This document shows, in pieces, positions 9,691-19,757 of a stretch of DNA of 62,950 nt. The position numbers and the translations under genes are program-made. Every line of letters begins with the position of its first letter. Positions within the stretch are counted from its first letter, which is position 1. The notes beneath the pieces were generated by a model. It searched no databases. It was not told the origin of the DNA and worked only from the letters and a program-made list of their open reading frames with translations. The stretch covers positions 7,260-70,209 of the forward strand of contig JAUNEW010000001.1 in the NCBI GenBank assembly GCA_030525365.1. The letters run 5' to 3'. Origin of the DNA: Eubacteriales bacterium (GTDB lineage: Bacteria > Bacillota > Clostridia > Peptostreptococcales > Anaerovoracaceae).

Positions 9691-10542
9691 TTATTTGTTC
9701 ATGGATTCCACATCCGAAGCGGTTTCGGAAGGGATGCATCCCAGATAATTGAAATCAAAGTTATCATTGAGAGGGGTGCCTAGAAGGACATAATCCATGA
9801 AGTGATCCATTTCTCGGGAGGCAATCATGACCGCTTTGTTCAGTGCATCGAACAGTTTGACATTGCTGATTTCCGCGAGGGGTTCTGCCTGATCCTGATA
9901 AATCATGTCCCGGCGGCTCTTAACGGACTTGGATGGAATCAAGGAAAGGGTGTTGTATGCGGCTTTTCGTACGGATGACTTCTTGCTGGCGAAGATGGCG
10001 AGAACCTGCGTCATGGTATCAATGGCTTCGCTGGTGTTCTTTGGGGTGGTACCTGTGTAGAAATCTGCCATTAACCGGTCAATCTTGTCGCTGTGGGGAA
10101 AGACCTTCCGGAGATTCACTCTCTTTGGAGATTTCCGGCAGATTCTAAGAATGTAATTGTCGAATTCCCGTTCAATCTTGGCATGACTCAGGCCGGTTTC
10201 CGCCATGTATTCCGTTACCAACGGATGGCAGCTAGCATCCAGGATGAAATGAGTGATGCATCCGAAGATATAGCTGTACGCTTCCGATGAGGGGTGATCT
10301 TTCAGCTGCAGTGCAGCATTTTCAAAGAAATTTCTTCCCGGTTCCTGATGAACCCGTTTTCCTTCTCGGTTCAGAGCGTTGTGCCTCCAGGGGCGGTAGA
10401 ACGCCAGAAAGTCTGGCCCGTGAAGGCCCATCATATAGGCGTCGATGGACGTTTCATCGGTGTTGATGATATCTTTGACATCCTCCGGCATCACCCGGAT
10501 GACCTCTTTGCCAAAGTAATAGTGCGCGTAATGAGATGGCAT
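9691..10542 (-). CDS. Zinc-dependent phospholipase C / S1-P1-like family protein
   Basis: N-terminal MPSHYAHYYFG, GLHGPD, H.ILDA.CHP, H..IE..FD; ATG at 10542 behind AAGGAGG. Confidence 0.75.
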   Translation of the reverse strand: MPSHYAHYYFGKEVIRVMPEDVKDIINTDETSIDAYMMGLHGPDFLAFYRPWRHNALNREGKRVHQEPGRNFFENAALQLKDHPSSEAYSYIFGCITHFILDASCHPLVTEYMAETGLSHAKIEREFDNYILRICRKSPKRVNLRKVFPHSDKIDRLMADFYTGTTPKNTSEAIDTMTQVLAIFASKKSSVRKAAYNTLSLIPSKSVKSRRDMIYQDQAEPLAEISNVKLFDALNKAVMIASREMDHFMDYVLLGTPLNDNFDFNYLGCIPSETASDVESMNK

Positions 10543-10666
10543 GAAATCCTCCTTCATAACTTTTCTTTCGATATTATAATTATAGCGGAAAAACGGCAAA
10601 ACGGCAAATTCCAGGTAGTACGGAAAGAGAATGTATATATAAAGATTCTTTTACCATGGAATCTGA

Positions 10667-10721
10667 TTGACATCAGTAGCGCTTATGAGTATAATAATCG
10701 TGAAAACAGAATACTGTTCCA
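10667..10721 (+). promoter_or_regulatory. Consensus sigma-A promoter with IclR-type operator
   Basis: TTGACA (10667-72)-17 bp-TATAAT (10690-95), then CAGAATACTGTTCCA (10707-21). Confidence 0.8.
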
Positions 10722-10777
10722 CACAATAGAACGCTAAAGCCACAGAATTCTCGAAAGAGAAGCAAGGAGGGTAGCGC

Positions 10778-11839
10778 ATGAAGTTATTGATTATTAATCC
10801 CGGAGGCACCAGCACGAAAATCGCCGTCTATGATGACGAGAATGAACTGTTCAAGACCTCCATTGACCATACCGCAGAGGAGCTGAAACCGTATCCTCAC
10901 GTGTTTGACGAATTCGAGTATCGCAAGAATCTGATTCTGAAGACGGTGACCGATGCGGGCTTCGACATTCAGGACTTCGGATGCATCGCCGGAAGAGGCG
11001 GATTGTGCAGACCGGTAGAAGGCGGAACCTATGCGGTGAATAATCGAATGATTGAGGATTTTCGGAATGCGGTGTGCGGAGAACACGCATCGAATCTGGG
11101 TGCGGTAATCGCCAAATCCATCGGGGACGAAATCGGAGTTCCATCCTTCATTGTGGATCCGGTAGCGGTAGATGAAATGATGGATAAGGCCAGAATTACA
11201 GGTCTTGCAGAGCTAGAGAGACCAGCCTGGTTCCATGCACTGAATCATAAGGCGGTGGCAAGATCCATCGCAAGGGAAATGGGGAAGAATTACGAAGACT
11301 GTAACTTTATTGTGGCACATCTGGGATCGGGAATTTCCATCTGTGCCCACAAGAAGGGACGCATGGTGGATGGATCCGGTGGGCGCACCAACGGACCATT
11401 CTCACCAGAGAGATGCGGCTCGCTGCCGACCTATCCGCTAGTGCAGCTCTGCTATTCTGGAAAGTACACCGAAAGTGAAATGGTGGAGAAAATTAGCAAA
11501 TTCGCCGGAATCTATGACTTCTTGGGAACGAAGGATTCTCGAGAGGTGGAGAAGCGGATTGAAGCAGGAGATGAGAAGGCAAAGCTGGTGTACGATGCAT
11601 TCATTTATTCCACGGCTAAGGAAATCTGTTCTTATGTGCCGGCTTTCGATGAACCGATTGACCGCATTATCATCACCGGTGGAATTGCTCATTCGAAGTA
11701 CGTTACCAGCGAAATTGAGCGAATGACGAAGGCCATTGCACCGGTGTCTGTGGTAGCCGGCGAATACGAGATGATTGCTTTGGCCCTGGGTGCCCTGAGA
11801 GTTATGCGGGGGGAAGAACCGGCCAAGGAATACAAGTAA
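10778..11839 (+). CDS. buk: Butyrate kinase family carboxylate kinase (divergent)
   Basis: INPGGTSTK, GRGG, EHASNLGA, VDPVAVDE, HALN.KA, GPFSPER, TGGIA, GEYEM.ALA. Confidence 0.9.
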   Translation: MKLLIINPGGTSTKIAVYDDENELFKTSIDHTAEELKPYPHVFDEFEYRKNLILKTVTDAGFDIQDFGCIAGRGGLCRPVEGGTYAVNNRMIEDFRNAVCGEHASNLGAVIAKSIGDEIGVPSFIVDPVAVDEMMDKARITGLAELERPAWFHALNHKAVARSIAREMGKNYEDCNFIVAHLGSGISICAHKKGRMVDGSGGRTNGPFSPERCGSLPTYPLVQLCYSGKYTESEMVEKISKFAGIYDFLGTKDSREVEKRIEAGDEKAKLVYDAFIYSTAKEICSYVPAFDEPIDRIIITGGIAHSKYVTSEIERMTKAIAPVSVVAGEYEMIALALGALRVMRGEEPAKEYK

Positions 11840-11874
11840 AGTCGGAAAGGGATTGTATATTAGGAGGTAAAAGT

Positions 11875-13059
11875 ATGAGTTTTTCAGTAAGAATGAGCCG
11901 GATTAAGCCATCTGGAATCCGTGCCGTACAGAAGAGAATTGCGGGAAAGAAGGATATGATTTCCTTCGCAGCGGGACTTCCGGATCCGGCACTGTACCCG
12001 CTGGAAGATCTTCGAAAGGCAGCGGATGAAATGCTGTTGAAGGAGGGCGCTACTGCTTTCGCTTATGGACTGACGAAGGGATATGGGCCGCTTCTGGATT
12101 TTCTGACCGACCGAATGAATAATCGGGAGAACGTGAAGTGTACGAAGGAAAATCTCTGCATCCTGTCTGGATCCCAGCAGGGGCTAGGACTGGCTGCCAT
12201 GATGTTCATCGATGAGGGGGATGTTGTCATTACCGAGAATCCAAGTTATCTGGGAGCAATTAATTCCTTCCGTCCATACGGTGCGGAGTTCGTAGGCGTA
12301 GACACAGATGATGATGGAATCGTCATCGAAGATTTGGAACGGGCGCTGGAAGAGAATCCGAGAACAAAGCTAATCTATGTCATTCCAAATTTCCAGAATC
12401 CAACCGGAAAGGCCTGGAGCCTGGAGAGAAGAGAACGCTTCATGGAAGTGGTTTCGAAATACGATGTGGCGGTTGTGGAAGATAATCCTTACGGGGACCT
12501 TCGGTTCAAGGGGGAGCCGTTACCACACCTTCGGTCTCTGGATAAGAAAGGTCAGGTCATCTATCTGGGATCCTTCTCGAAGATTCTGAGCCCAGGAATG
12601 AGAGTGGCTTGGGCCTGCGCATCTCCAGAAGTGGCATCCGCTATTGAAGAATTGAAGGAAACCAATGACCTGCAGAGTCCGGAACTAACACAGATGCTGA
12701 CCTACTACTATCTTCAGATGTTCGACCTGGAGGAACACATCCGGGAAATTCAGGTGGTATACAAAGAGCGCTGTGAGCTGATGGTGGAGATGATTCAGAA
12801 ATACTTCCCACCGGAAATCAAATACACGGATCCAGAAGGTGGAATGTTCCTATGGTTAGAACTTCCGGAAGGGCTGGACAGCGATGAAATTCTGAACGAC
12901 GCACTGGCAGCGGGAATCGCATACATTCCAGGAGAATCCTTCTTCTCCTTCGAAGGTGTGAAGAACACCATTCGTATGAACTTCACAATGGTGAAGGACG
13001 AACAGATTCGAGAAGGAATCCGGATTCTGGGGGATGTATTTCGGAAACATATTGGATAA
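11875..13059 (+). CDS. PLP-dependent class I aminotransferase (LysN/ARO8-like)
   Basis: ISFAAGLPDP, GSQQ, IPNFQNPTG, EDNPY, SFSKILSPGMR (PLP Lys), PEGGMFLW; no GntR HTH. Confidence 0.9.
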   Translation: MSFSVRMSRIKPSGIRAVQKRIAGKKDMISFAAGLPDPALYPLEDLRKAADEMLLKEGATAFAYGLTKGYGPLLDFLTDRMNNRENVKCTKENLCILSGSQQGLGLAAMMFIDEGDVVITENPSYLGAINSFRPYGAEFVGVDTDDDGIVIEDLERALEENPRTKLIYVIPNFQNPTGKAWSLERRERFMEVVSKYDVAVVEDNPYGDLRFKGEPLPHLRSLDKKGQVIYLGSFSKILSPGMRVAWACASPEVASAIEELKETNDLQSPELTQMLTYYYLQMFDLEEHIREIQVVYKERCELMVEMIQKYFPPEIKYTDPEGGMFLWLELPEGLDSDEILNDALAAGIAYIPGESFFSFEGVKNTIRMNFTMVKDEQIREGIRILGDVFRKHIG

Positions 13060-13103
13060 TCGAAAAAATATATTGTGAGATTATTGAGAAAAGGAGAACA
13101 ACC

Positions 13104-14432
13104 GTGGAGAATTCAAGTACCATTAAGATGAGCAAACTTAGACTCATTGTTGCCATGCTGATTCTAGGTGCTGGGTGGGCAATCGTGTATCTGGTACCAT
13201 TCCTTCAATACACCTGGTACGAACCATTCCGAGAATTTCTGGATGTGTCCGGAACGAAGATGAGTTTTCTTCTGTCCATCTATGGACTGGGAAATATCTT
13301 TCTGGCACCATTTGGTGGATGGTTTGCGGATCGGTTTAACTATAAGCATATTTATTTCATCTCCATTCTTCTGAATGCGATTTTCGCGGTGGGATTTCTG
13401 TTGAATCCGCACTCCTACGCTTGGTGCGTCGCCATGTGGGTGGGCTTTGCCATCGCATCGTTGATGTTCAACTTTCCGACCCAGATTAAGATTGTGCGGA
13501 TGATGTGGCCGGAAGAGAAGCAGGGAAGAGCCTATGGGTTGAACGAAGCCTGCATCGGAATCTTCAACCTGATTGAATCCTCCCTGATGATGGTGGCATT
13601 CCAGCGTGCTGGTGAGGGGGAAATCGGCATTAAAGCGACCGTCATCGCCAACATTGTAATGTCCATTATTATTGCCATCGGCGTGCTGTTCATCATTCCA
13701 AGTCCAACGAAAGAAATGTTGGAGGCAGAACGGAAAGAGGCATTGTCGAAGACGAAGGACAAGAAGGAGAAGAATGCCATTGCAGAGGTGTGGTCAGTTC
13801 TGAGACATAAGGAAACATGGATGTTTGCTATCTGCATCTTCGGTGTGTATTCCTTTATGACGACATTGACCTATTTCACGCCGTACTTCTCGGATGTACT
13901 GGGAATTCCAATTGTCATTGCGGGATGGGCGGCCATCTTCAGACAATACGGTTGCCAGATGATCGGTGCGCCAATCGGAGGAGAAATCGCCACTCGGCTG
14001 AAATCTCCGGCAAAGAATCTGGTCATTGTCTATGTGTTAGCAATCGCAGGACTTCTGTACATGCTGTTCGGTGCGAATAAGCACTCGTCGGTGGGATTCG
14101 TGGTATTCATTGTAATCGGACTGTCCTTTGCATGCTATGCAGGACGAAATTACTACGCAACCATCGAAGAATGTGGAATCCCATCGGCGGTAACCGCTAC
14201 AACAACTGGTGTTGCCGCAATTCTAGGATTCTCTCCGGACGTATTCCAGTTCACTTTGTTCAGTAGCTGGTTGGATACCCTTCCGGCCGCAACTGCATAC
14301 AATAGAATGTTTACATTCCAGCTCGTGGTTGTAATTATCGGCCTCTTGGATGCATTGCTTATTATCCGGCTTAAGAAGAGAAATGAGCAGAGAATTGCCG
14401 AAGGAAAAGAAGTAGAGTACTTCGGAAAATAA
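13104..14432 (+). CDS. MFS transporter (YihN/YqcE-like)
   Basis: About 12 TM segments, GGWFADRF MFS motif A, EKQGRAYG, GFSPD.F. Confidence 0.82.
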   Translation: MENSSTIKMSKLRLIVAMLILGAGWAIVYLVPFLQYTWYEPFREFLDVSGTKMSFLLSIYGLGNIFLAPFGGWFADRFNYKHIYFISILLNAIFAVGFLLNPHSYAWCVAMWVGFAIASLMFNFPTQIKIVRMMWPEEKQGRAYGLNEACIGIFNLIESSLMMVAFQRAGEGEIGIKATVIANIVMSIIIAIGVLFIIPSPTKEMLEAERKEALSKTKDKKEKNAIAEVWSVLRHKETWMFAICIFGVYSFMTTLTYFTPYFSDVLGIPIVIAGWAAIFRQYGCQMIGAPIGGEIATRLKSPAKNLVIVYVLAIAGLLYMLFGANKHSSVGFVVFIVIGLSFACYAGRNYYATIEECGIPSAVTATTTGVAAILGFSPDVFQFTLFSSWLDTLPAATAYNRMFTFQLVVVIIGLLDALLIIRLKKRNEQRIAEGKEVEYFGK

Positions 14433-14470
14433 TTTAGCAAAACCATCAATTATACCTTCATAATTTACCG

Positions 14471-14511
14471 AACAGGGGATCTTTCATTAAATGGAAGGTC
14501 CTCTGTTATTT
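14471..14511 (+). terminator. Intrinsic terminator after MFS gene
   Basis: AACAGGGGATCTTTCA...TGGAAGGTCCTCTGTT followed by ATTTT. Confidence 0.6.
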
Positions 14512-14551
14512 TGATTAAAAGAATTCAATGAAAAGACAATTAATGCAGTTG

Positions 14552-14603
14552 TGGAACACTGTTCTATTATGATATAATTCAGTAAAAATAGAACAATGTT
14601 CCG
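14552..14603 (+). promoter_or_regulatory. Extended -10 promoter flanked by two IclR-type operators
   Basis: TGGAACACTGTTCTA (14552-66), TGaTATAAT (14570-78), TAGAACAATGTTCCG (14589-603). Confidence 0.75.
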
Positions 14604-14643
14604 AAAAAAAGTCGGCTGTGAAAACAGTTCCGGAAGGAGGCCT

Positions 14644-16077
14644 ATGATGGATAAATCCTGTGCAGAAAGAAATGTGAAAGAAAAGAACCCCGGTCTAATC
14701 ATTTCCCTGATTCCGATTCTTTCGGTGTTCTTGCTGCTATTTTTCTCTTTGACCAAATATCACCTGGACATTCAGATTCCCTTGATATTTGCCTCTATTA
14801 TTGCAGCAACAATTGCCGTTGTCGTTCTGAAATGCCCATGGAAGGATATCGAATCCGGTATTGTGGATTCCATCCAGAATGCCATGCAAGCCATTCTAAT
14901 CGCTTGTCTGATTGGGCTGATTATCGGTGCCTGGATTGCCGGTGGGATTGTACCTTCTCTGATATATTACGGGCTTAAGATTCTTTCACCGAAGTTCTTT
15001 CTGGTTACTTGTCTGATTGTGTGCTCTATCGTGGCCGTCGCCACCGGAAGTTCCTGGACGACGGCGGGAACTCTCGGTGTTGCCATGGTAGGAATTGGAT
15101 CCGGTATGGGAATTCCGGCAGCGGTGACGGCGGGCGCAGTGGTTTCTGCAGCTTATTTCGGAGACAAGATGTCTCCTTTCTCGGATACTACCAATCTGGC
15201 ACCAGCTGTATCCGGAACAACGTTGTTTGCCCATATTCGGCACATGATGTACACCGCCGGAACCAGCTATGTCATTGCCATCGCCATGTTCCTTTTTCTC
15301 AATATGCGTTACATGAGAAACAAGGGGAATGAAAGTGATATTGCAGGGGTACTTGTTTCGTTGAAAGAACAGTTTCTTATTTCACCACTCCTGATGCTTC
15401 CTCTTCTGGTGCTGATTCTCATGATTTGCTTTAAAATTCCGGCTATTCCGGGATTGGTAGCAAGTATGCTTCTAGGGGTATTCTGTGCCATTGCGGTACA
15501 AGGGCAGGGAATCAAAGAAATTGGAACGGTTCTCAGCTATGGATATGAATGCAGTACGGGAAATGCAGCGTTGGATGAACTTCTATCCAAAGGGGGACTG
15601 CAGAACATGATGTGGACGGTTTCCCTGATTCTGTGCTCACTAACTTTCGGTGGTATTATGCATCGTTCTGGGATGCTTGGAACTATCGCTAGAAGCATTC
15701 TCAAGGTGGCAAAAGGAACTGGTGGCCTGATTACCGCAACGGGGTTAACTGCAGTGTTCGTTAATCTTGTATGCGGTGAGCAGTACCTATCGATTCTTCT
15801 CACCGGAAGGATGTACAAAGAGGAATTCAAGAAAAGGAATCTAGCACCTCAGAATCTGTCCCGTACCTTAGAGGACTTCGGAACCATCACATCGCCCTTG
15901 ATTCCTTGGACCACTTGTGCGGTGGCCATGAGTAGTTACTTGAATGTTCCGACACTGGAATACCTGCCATACTGCTTCCTGAACATCATCAACCCGGTGG
16001 TTGCTATCGTGTTTGCCTATACGGGTTTCAGCATTCGAAAACGGGATCAGGTGGCGAAAGAAGATCTCCTGGATTAA
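14644..16077 (+). CDS. nhaC: NhaC-family transporter (Na+/H+ antiporter or amino-acid transporter)
   Basis: TGSSWTTAGT, AYFGDKMSPFSDTTNLA, LSRTLED.GT...PLIPW; ATG at 14644 behind AAGGAGG. Confidence 0.88.
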   Translation: MMDKSCAERNVKEKNPGLIISLIPILSVFLLLFFSLTKYHLDIQIPLIFASIIAATIAVVVLKCPWKDIESGIVDSIQNAMQAILIACLIGLIIGAWIAGGIVPSLIYYGLKILSPKFFLVTCLIVCSIVAVATGSSWTTAGTLGVAMVGIGSGMGIPAAVTAGAVVSAAYFGDKMSPFSDTTNLAPAVSGTTLFAHIRHMMYTAGTSYVIAIAMFLFLNMRYMRNKGNESDIAGVLVSLKEQFLISPLLMLPLLVLILMICFKIPAIPGLVASMLLGVFCAIAVQGQGIKEIGTVLSYGYECSTGNAALDELLSKGGLQNMMWTVSLILCSLTFGGIMHRSGMLGTIARSILKVAKGTGGLITATGLTAVFVNLVCGEQYLSILLTGRMYKEEFKKRNLAPQNLSRTLEDFGTITSPLIPWTTCAVAMSSYLNVPTLEYLPYCFLNIINPVVAIVFAYTGFSIRKRDQVAKEDLLD

Positions 16078-16088
16078 CAAAAATCCAG

Positions 16089-16158
16089 TTGACGGAGTCA
16101 AAAGTGGATGTTATAATGACAGCGAAAATAATAGAACGATGTTCTATTGAGTGGAACA
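16089..16158 (+). promoter_or_regulatory. Sigma-A promoter with IclR-type operator and extra half-site
   Basis: TTGACG (16089-94)-17 bp-TATAAT (16112-17), TAGAACGATGTTCTA (16132-46), TGGAACA (16152-58). Confidence 0.8.
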
Positions 16159-16233
16159 AATGAGAAACAAGAACAACACAAGAAAACGCGAATGCCTTCA
16201 CATATGAGATGGAAAGAAAGGAAGGAGCGAATT

Positions 16234-16431
16234 ATGGAAAAGATCAAGTTGAATGTGGAACACTGCAAAGGATGTTACCTGTGTGTGGCGAATTGTAGGC
16301 CGGGCGCACTCCGCATCTCCAATGAGGTGAACGCAAAGGGATATCTGGTACCGGAAGTAGATCAGGAGAAATGCGTTCAGTGCGGATGTTGTTACACCAT
16401 GTGTCCAGATCTAGTCTTTGAAATACTGTAA
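16234..16431 (+). CDS. 2x[4Fe-4S] ferredoxin, delta subunit of 2-oxoacid:ferredoxin oxidoreductase
   Basis: CKGCYLC...C and CVQCGCC...CP; ATG at 16234 behind AAGGAG. Confidence 0.88.
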   Translation: MEKIKLNVEHCKGCYLCVANCRPGALRISNEVNAKGYLVPEVDQEKCVQCGCCYTMCPDLVFEIL

Positions 16432-16453
16432 GTTGGAAGGAGAGAACGAGGTT

Positions 16454-17530
16454 ATGGAAAAGAGAATTATGAAAGGCAATGAAGCCATGGCGGAAGGTGC
16501 CATCCGAGGCGGATGTCGTTTCTACGCAGGATACCCGATTACGCCGCAGTCCGAAATCCTTCAGTGGATGTCCTGGAGACAGAAGGAAGTGGGAGGCGTT
16601 TTCATCCAGGGAGCTTCGGAGATTGAAAGTGTCAATATGACTTTCGCAGCAAGATGTCTGGGCGCACGTGCTTTTACCTCCACATCGGGTCCGGGATTCT
16701 CCCTGTACCAGGAGGGAATTGCTTACTGGGTGTCGGCAGAGATTCCTTGCGTTGTAGGATGCGTACAGAGATTCGGAATCGGCGACGGATTCATTTCCGC
16801 AGGACAGGACAACTACTGGCAGGCGGTGAAGTGCGGTGGAAACGGAGATTATCACCTGATTGTTCTGGCACCGAATTCGGTACAGGAATCTTGTGATTTG
16901 GCTTATGAAGCATTTGAAATCGCAGAGAAGTACAGACATCCGGTATGCCTTCTGTCCGACGGAACCATTGGTCAGATGATGGAGCCGGTGGTTCTTCCGG
17001 AGATGAAAGAATATGATTTGGACGATTTGGATTGGACCATTAACGGTTGCAAACCGGGGGCGGATCACAAGGTGGCAACGGATGTAACCTATTTCGAGCC
17101 GGTTCAGGAGTGGAATCATAAATACCTAGCAAAGATGAGAAAAATCGCGGCGGAAGAGCAGCGTTGGGAAAGCTTTGAAGTATCTGATGCAGATGTGGTT
17201 CTAGTGGCTTACGGAATCTCTTCCAGAGTGGCACAGGAAGCGGTGGTACGAGCAAGAGCCAATGGATTTAAGCTGGGACTGATTCGTCCAATCACACTGT
17301 GGCCGTGGCCGGAGAAGGCTTTCGAGGAAATCCCGGAGACCTGCAGAGGAATTGTCACCGTAGAGGTGAACATGATGGGACAGATGAGAGAAGATGTCAT
17401 CATTCATACCAAGGGTAAATTCAAGACCTATGCCATGACTGTGGACGAGCCTAGAATTCACACCGTGGATGAAGTGATTAATTATGCGAAAGAAGTGTAC
17501 GAAGGAAAGGACGAAGAGGAGGTGTACTAA
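16454..17530 (+). CDS. 2-oxoacid:ferredoxin oxidoreductase alpha subunit (VOR-like)
   Basis: MKGNEA, YAGYPITPQSE, TSTSGPGFSL.QE, GGNGDY, RPITLWP, GQMREDV. Confidence 0.9.
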   Translation: MEKRIMKGNEAMAEGAIRGGCRFYAGYPITPQSEILQWMSWRQKEVGGVFIQGASEIESVNMTFAARCLGARAFTSTSGPGFSLYQEGIAYWVSAEIPCVVGCVQRFGIGDGFISAGQDNYWQAVKCGGNGDYHLIVLAPNSVQESCDLAYEAFEIAEKYRHPVCLLSDGTIGQMMEPVVLPEMKEYDLDDLDWTINGCKPGADHKVATDVTYFEPVQEWNHKYLAKMRKIAAEEQRWESFEVSDADVVLVAYGISSRVAQEAVVRARANGFKLGLIRPITLWPWPEKAFEEIPETCRGIVTVEVNMMGQMREDVIIHTKGKFKTYAMTVDEPRIHTVDEVINYAKEVYEGKDEEEVY

Positions 17531-18255
17531 TGGCTAGCAAGAAAGCACCGGAGCTATTTTACGACGAAAGCAGATTCTGCGGCGGATGCGGCCATGGTAT
17601 TTTCAACCGTATCCTGGCAGAAGTTTTGGAAGAAATGAACTTGGTCAGCGATACGATTATCTGCTCCGATATCGGCTGCAATCACCAGTTCCAGTTCTGG
17701 ATGAACGTGGATGCCATCGTGCCACCACATGGAAAAATGGGTGCGGCACTGACCGCAATGAAAAGAGTCCGTCCAGATAAATGTATTCTCACCATTGCCG
17801 GAGACGGTGGTGCTTATGCCATCGGTCTGGGGGAGACCACTTCAGCAGCACTCCGGAACGAAAACGTCACCATGTTCGTGATGAACAACACGGTATTCGG
17901 AATGACCGGCGGACAGCTGGCGCCAACTACCATGATGGGTCAGAAGACCGCTTCCACACCGGCAGGAAGAAATTTCCAGGATAACGGAGAGAACACGGAT
18001 GTGTTTAAACTGATGAAGAGCATGGACATCGCTTACCTGGCGAGAACTTCTATCACAAGCCCAGCCAATATTAACAAGACCAAAAAAGCGGTTCGGAAAG
18101 CCATTCAGAATCAGCTGGACGGAAAGGGCTTCTCCCTGGTAGAGGTACTGGTACCGTGTCCGACCAATTGGCACATGTCCGCACCGGATTCCATGAAGTG
18201 CATTGACGATGTGGTTTCCAAGGTGTACGAGCTGGGTGAAGTAATCGATAGATAA
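17530..18255 (+). CDS. 2-oxoacid:ferredoxin oxidoreductase beta (TPP-binding) subunit
   Basis: C.GCGHG, IGC, GDG...NN..FGMTGGQ.APTT, CPTNW. Confidence 0.9.
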   Translation: MASKKAPELFYDESRFCGGCGHGIFNRILAEVLEEMNLVSDTIICSDIGCNHQFQFWMNVDAIVPPHGKMGAALTAMKRVRPDKCILTIAGDGGAYAIGLGETTSAALRNENVTMFVMNNTVFGMTGGQLAPTTMMGQKTASTPAGRNFQDNGENTDVFKLMKSMDIAYLARTSITSPANINKTKKAVRKAIQNQLDGKGFSLVEVLVPCPTNWHMSAPDSMKCIDDVVSKVYELGEVIDR

Positions 18256-18268
18256 GGGGGGAACGAAG

Positions 18269-18823
18269 ATGGTAAAACGAATTATTTGTATCGGACTAGG
18301 CGGACAGGGCGTGCTAACGGTAGGAAAACTGCTGATGCAGGCGGCTTCCGATAAGAACCTGGAGTGCACCTGGACTTGTAAATACGGAAATGAAATGAGA
18401 GGAGGATACTCGGAGTGCAATGTTATCATCAGCGATAGCAAAATTGCATCACCGTATGCCGATCATCCGGATATCGTCTTTCTGATGAAGAATGATGGAC
18501 CGGTAGTGGAAGCTTCCATTGAGAGAAATGAAGCGGCCATGCCGGAGGGTGCTGTAATGTATATTAACAAGAATTCTCTGGATCAGGATGTATCCCATCG
18601 GGAGAATGTGCGTGTGGTGGAAGTACCGGCAACGGATATCGCCACCGAACTGGGAAGAGGAAGCAATGCCAACCTGGTTCTTCTAGGAAAATTGGCTTCG
18701 GAATCGACGCTATTTACCTATGAAGAGTTTGAATCCTCTATGTGCAATTACTTTGAATCCCATGGAAAGGGCAAATTCAACGATGGCAACAAGAAGATGC
18801 TTGCGGCCGGAAGAGATGCGTAA
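18269..18823 (+). CDS. 2-oxoacid:ferredoxin oxidoreductase gamma subunit
   Basis: GLGGQGV, YG.EMRGG, PATDIA.ELG...AN.V.LG. Confidence 0.9.
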   Translation: MVKRIICIGLGGQGVLTVGKLLMQAASDKNLECTWTCKYGNEMRGGYSECNVIISDSKIASPYADHPDIVFLMKNDGPVVEASIERNEAAMPEGAVMYINKNSLDQDVSHRENVRVVEVPATDIATELGRGSNANLVLLGKLASESTLFTYEEFESSMCNYFESHGKGKFNDGNKKMLAAGRDA

Positions 18824-18852
18824 ATCCTTTTTGCATAGTGTTTTCATAGAAG

Positions 18853-18889
18853 AAAAGCCGGAATCCTTCGGGAATCCGGTTTTTCTTTT
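18853..18889. terminator. Bidirectional terminator
   Basis: AAAAGCCGGAATCC-TTCG-GGAATCCGGTTTT. Confidence 0.7.
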
Positions 18890-18933
18890 ACATAATCGTA
18901 TTTCGTTGAATTGAAGGCTTGGAAATCCATATC

Positions 18934-19728
18934 CTACAGGTAGGTGGACTGGCTGATTCGTGCGCTGATGTCCTTCATGAATTGGATTTTGTCCTGGAAA
19001 GTATCGTCGTGAATCCGGGACTTAGGACCCGAGATGCTGAGGGCGGCCACTGCATATCCGTGGCCGTTCAGCACGGGAACGCCCAGACAGTATAGACCGA
19101 TTTCGCGCTCTTCTGCGTCCACCGCATAGCCTTGCTCTCGAACTTTGTCCAGCTCCCGAATCAGACCTTCGTAGCTGGTGATGGTGTTCTCCGTGAACGG
19201 GGTGAAATCTGCATTCTTATAGACTTCTAGATTTACGTTCTCACCGAAGGCCAGAAGGCATTTTCCAAGGGAGGCACAATAGCACTCGGTCTGATTGGAA
19301 AGACGTCGAGAGAGCCCCAGGTTGTGGGTGGACTCGATGGTGGAAAGAGGAATATTGCTGTAGATGCCATCCCTTTCCTGACCGAGAATGCCAATGGTGA
19401 CACATTCCCCGTATTTGTCACTAAGCTCTTGCAACAGTGGCTGGACGCTTTCGGCGATGATGTCGTCGTGGGGCATGGTGCTATAGGCGTACATCTTCGG
19501 TCCGATGGAGTACTGCTCCGTAGTCTTGTTCTGAATAACATATCCCCGGTTCTCCAGCGTGGCGAGGGTGCGGAAAACGGTGCTCTTGTATATGTCCAAA
19601 TCCTTACTGATCTGGGAGATGGAGGTATCTCCACTCTGTTTGAAGAGATATTCCATAATGTCGATGCTCCGGTCTACCGAATTGATAATAATCGACTTTG
19701 TTTGATCTTTTTCTTTCTTTTCGCTCAT
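18934..19728 (-). CDS. IclR family transcriptional regulator
   Basis: INSVDRSIDI, KSTVFRTLATL HTH, ASLGKCLLA, GYAVD.EE.E.G..C, AALSISGP. Confidence 0.93.
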   Translation of the reverse strand: MSEKKEKDQTKSIIINSVDRSIDIMEYLFKQSGDTSISQISKDLDIYKSTVFRTLATLENRGYVIQNKTTEQYSIGPKMYAYSTMPHDDIIAESVQPLLQELSDKYGECVTIGILGQERDGIYSNIPLSTIESTHNLGLSRRLSNQTECYCASLGKCLLAFGENVNLEVYKNADFTPFTENTITSYEGLIRELDKVREQGYAVDAEEREIGLYCLGVPVLNGHGYAVAALSISGPKSRIHDDTFQDKIQFMKDISARISQSTYL

Positions 19729-19757
19729 AATTAACCTCAAATCTTAGTGATTCAGTT

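Noticed and set aside
14552-16146. GAAC...GTTC dyads as LexA (Cheo) boxes
   Set aside because: Spacer is 3 nt, not 4; they lie in a catabolic cluster next to iclR and fit an IclR/KdgR 7-1-7 layout better
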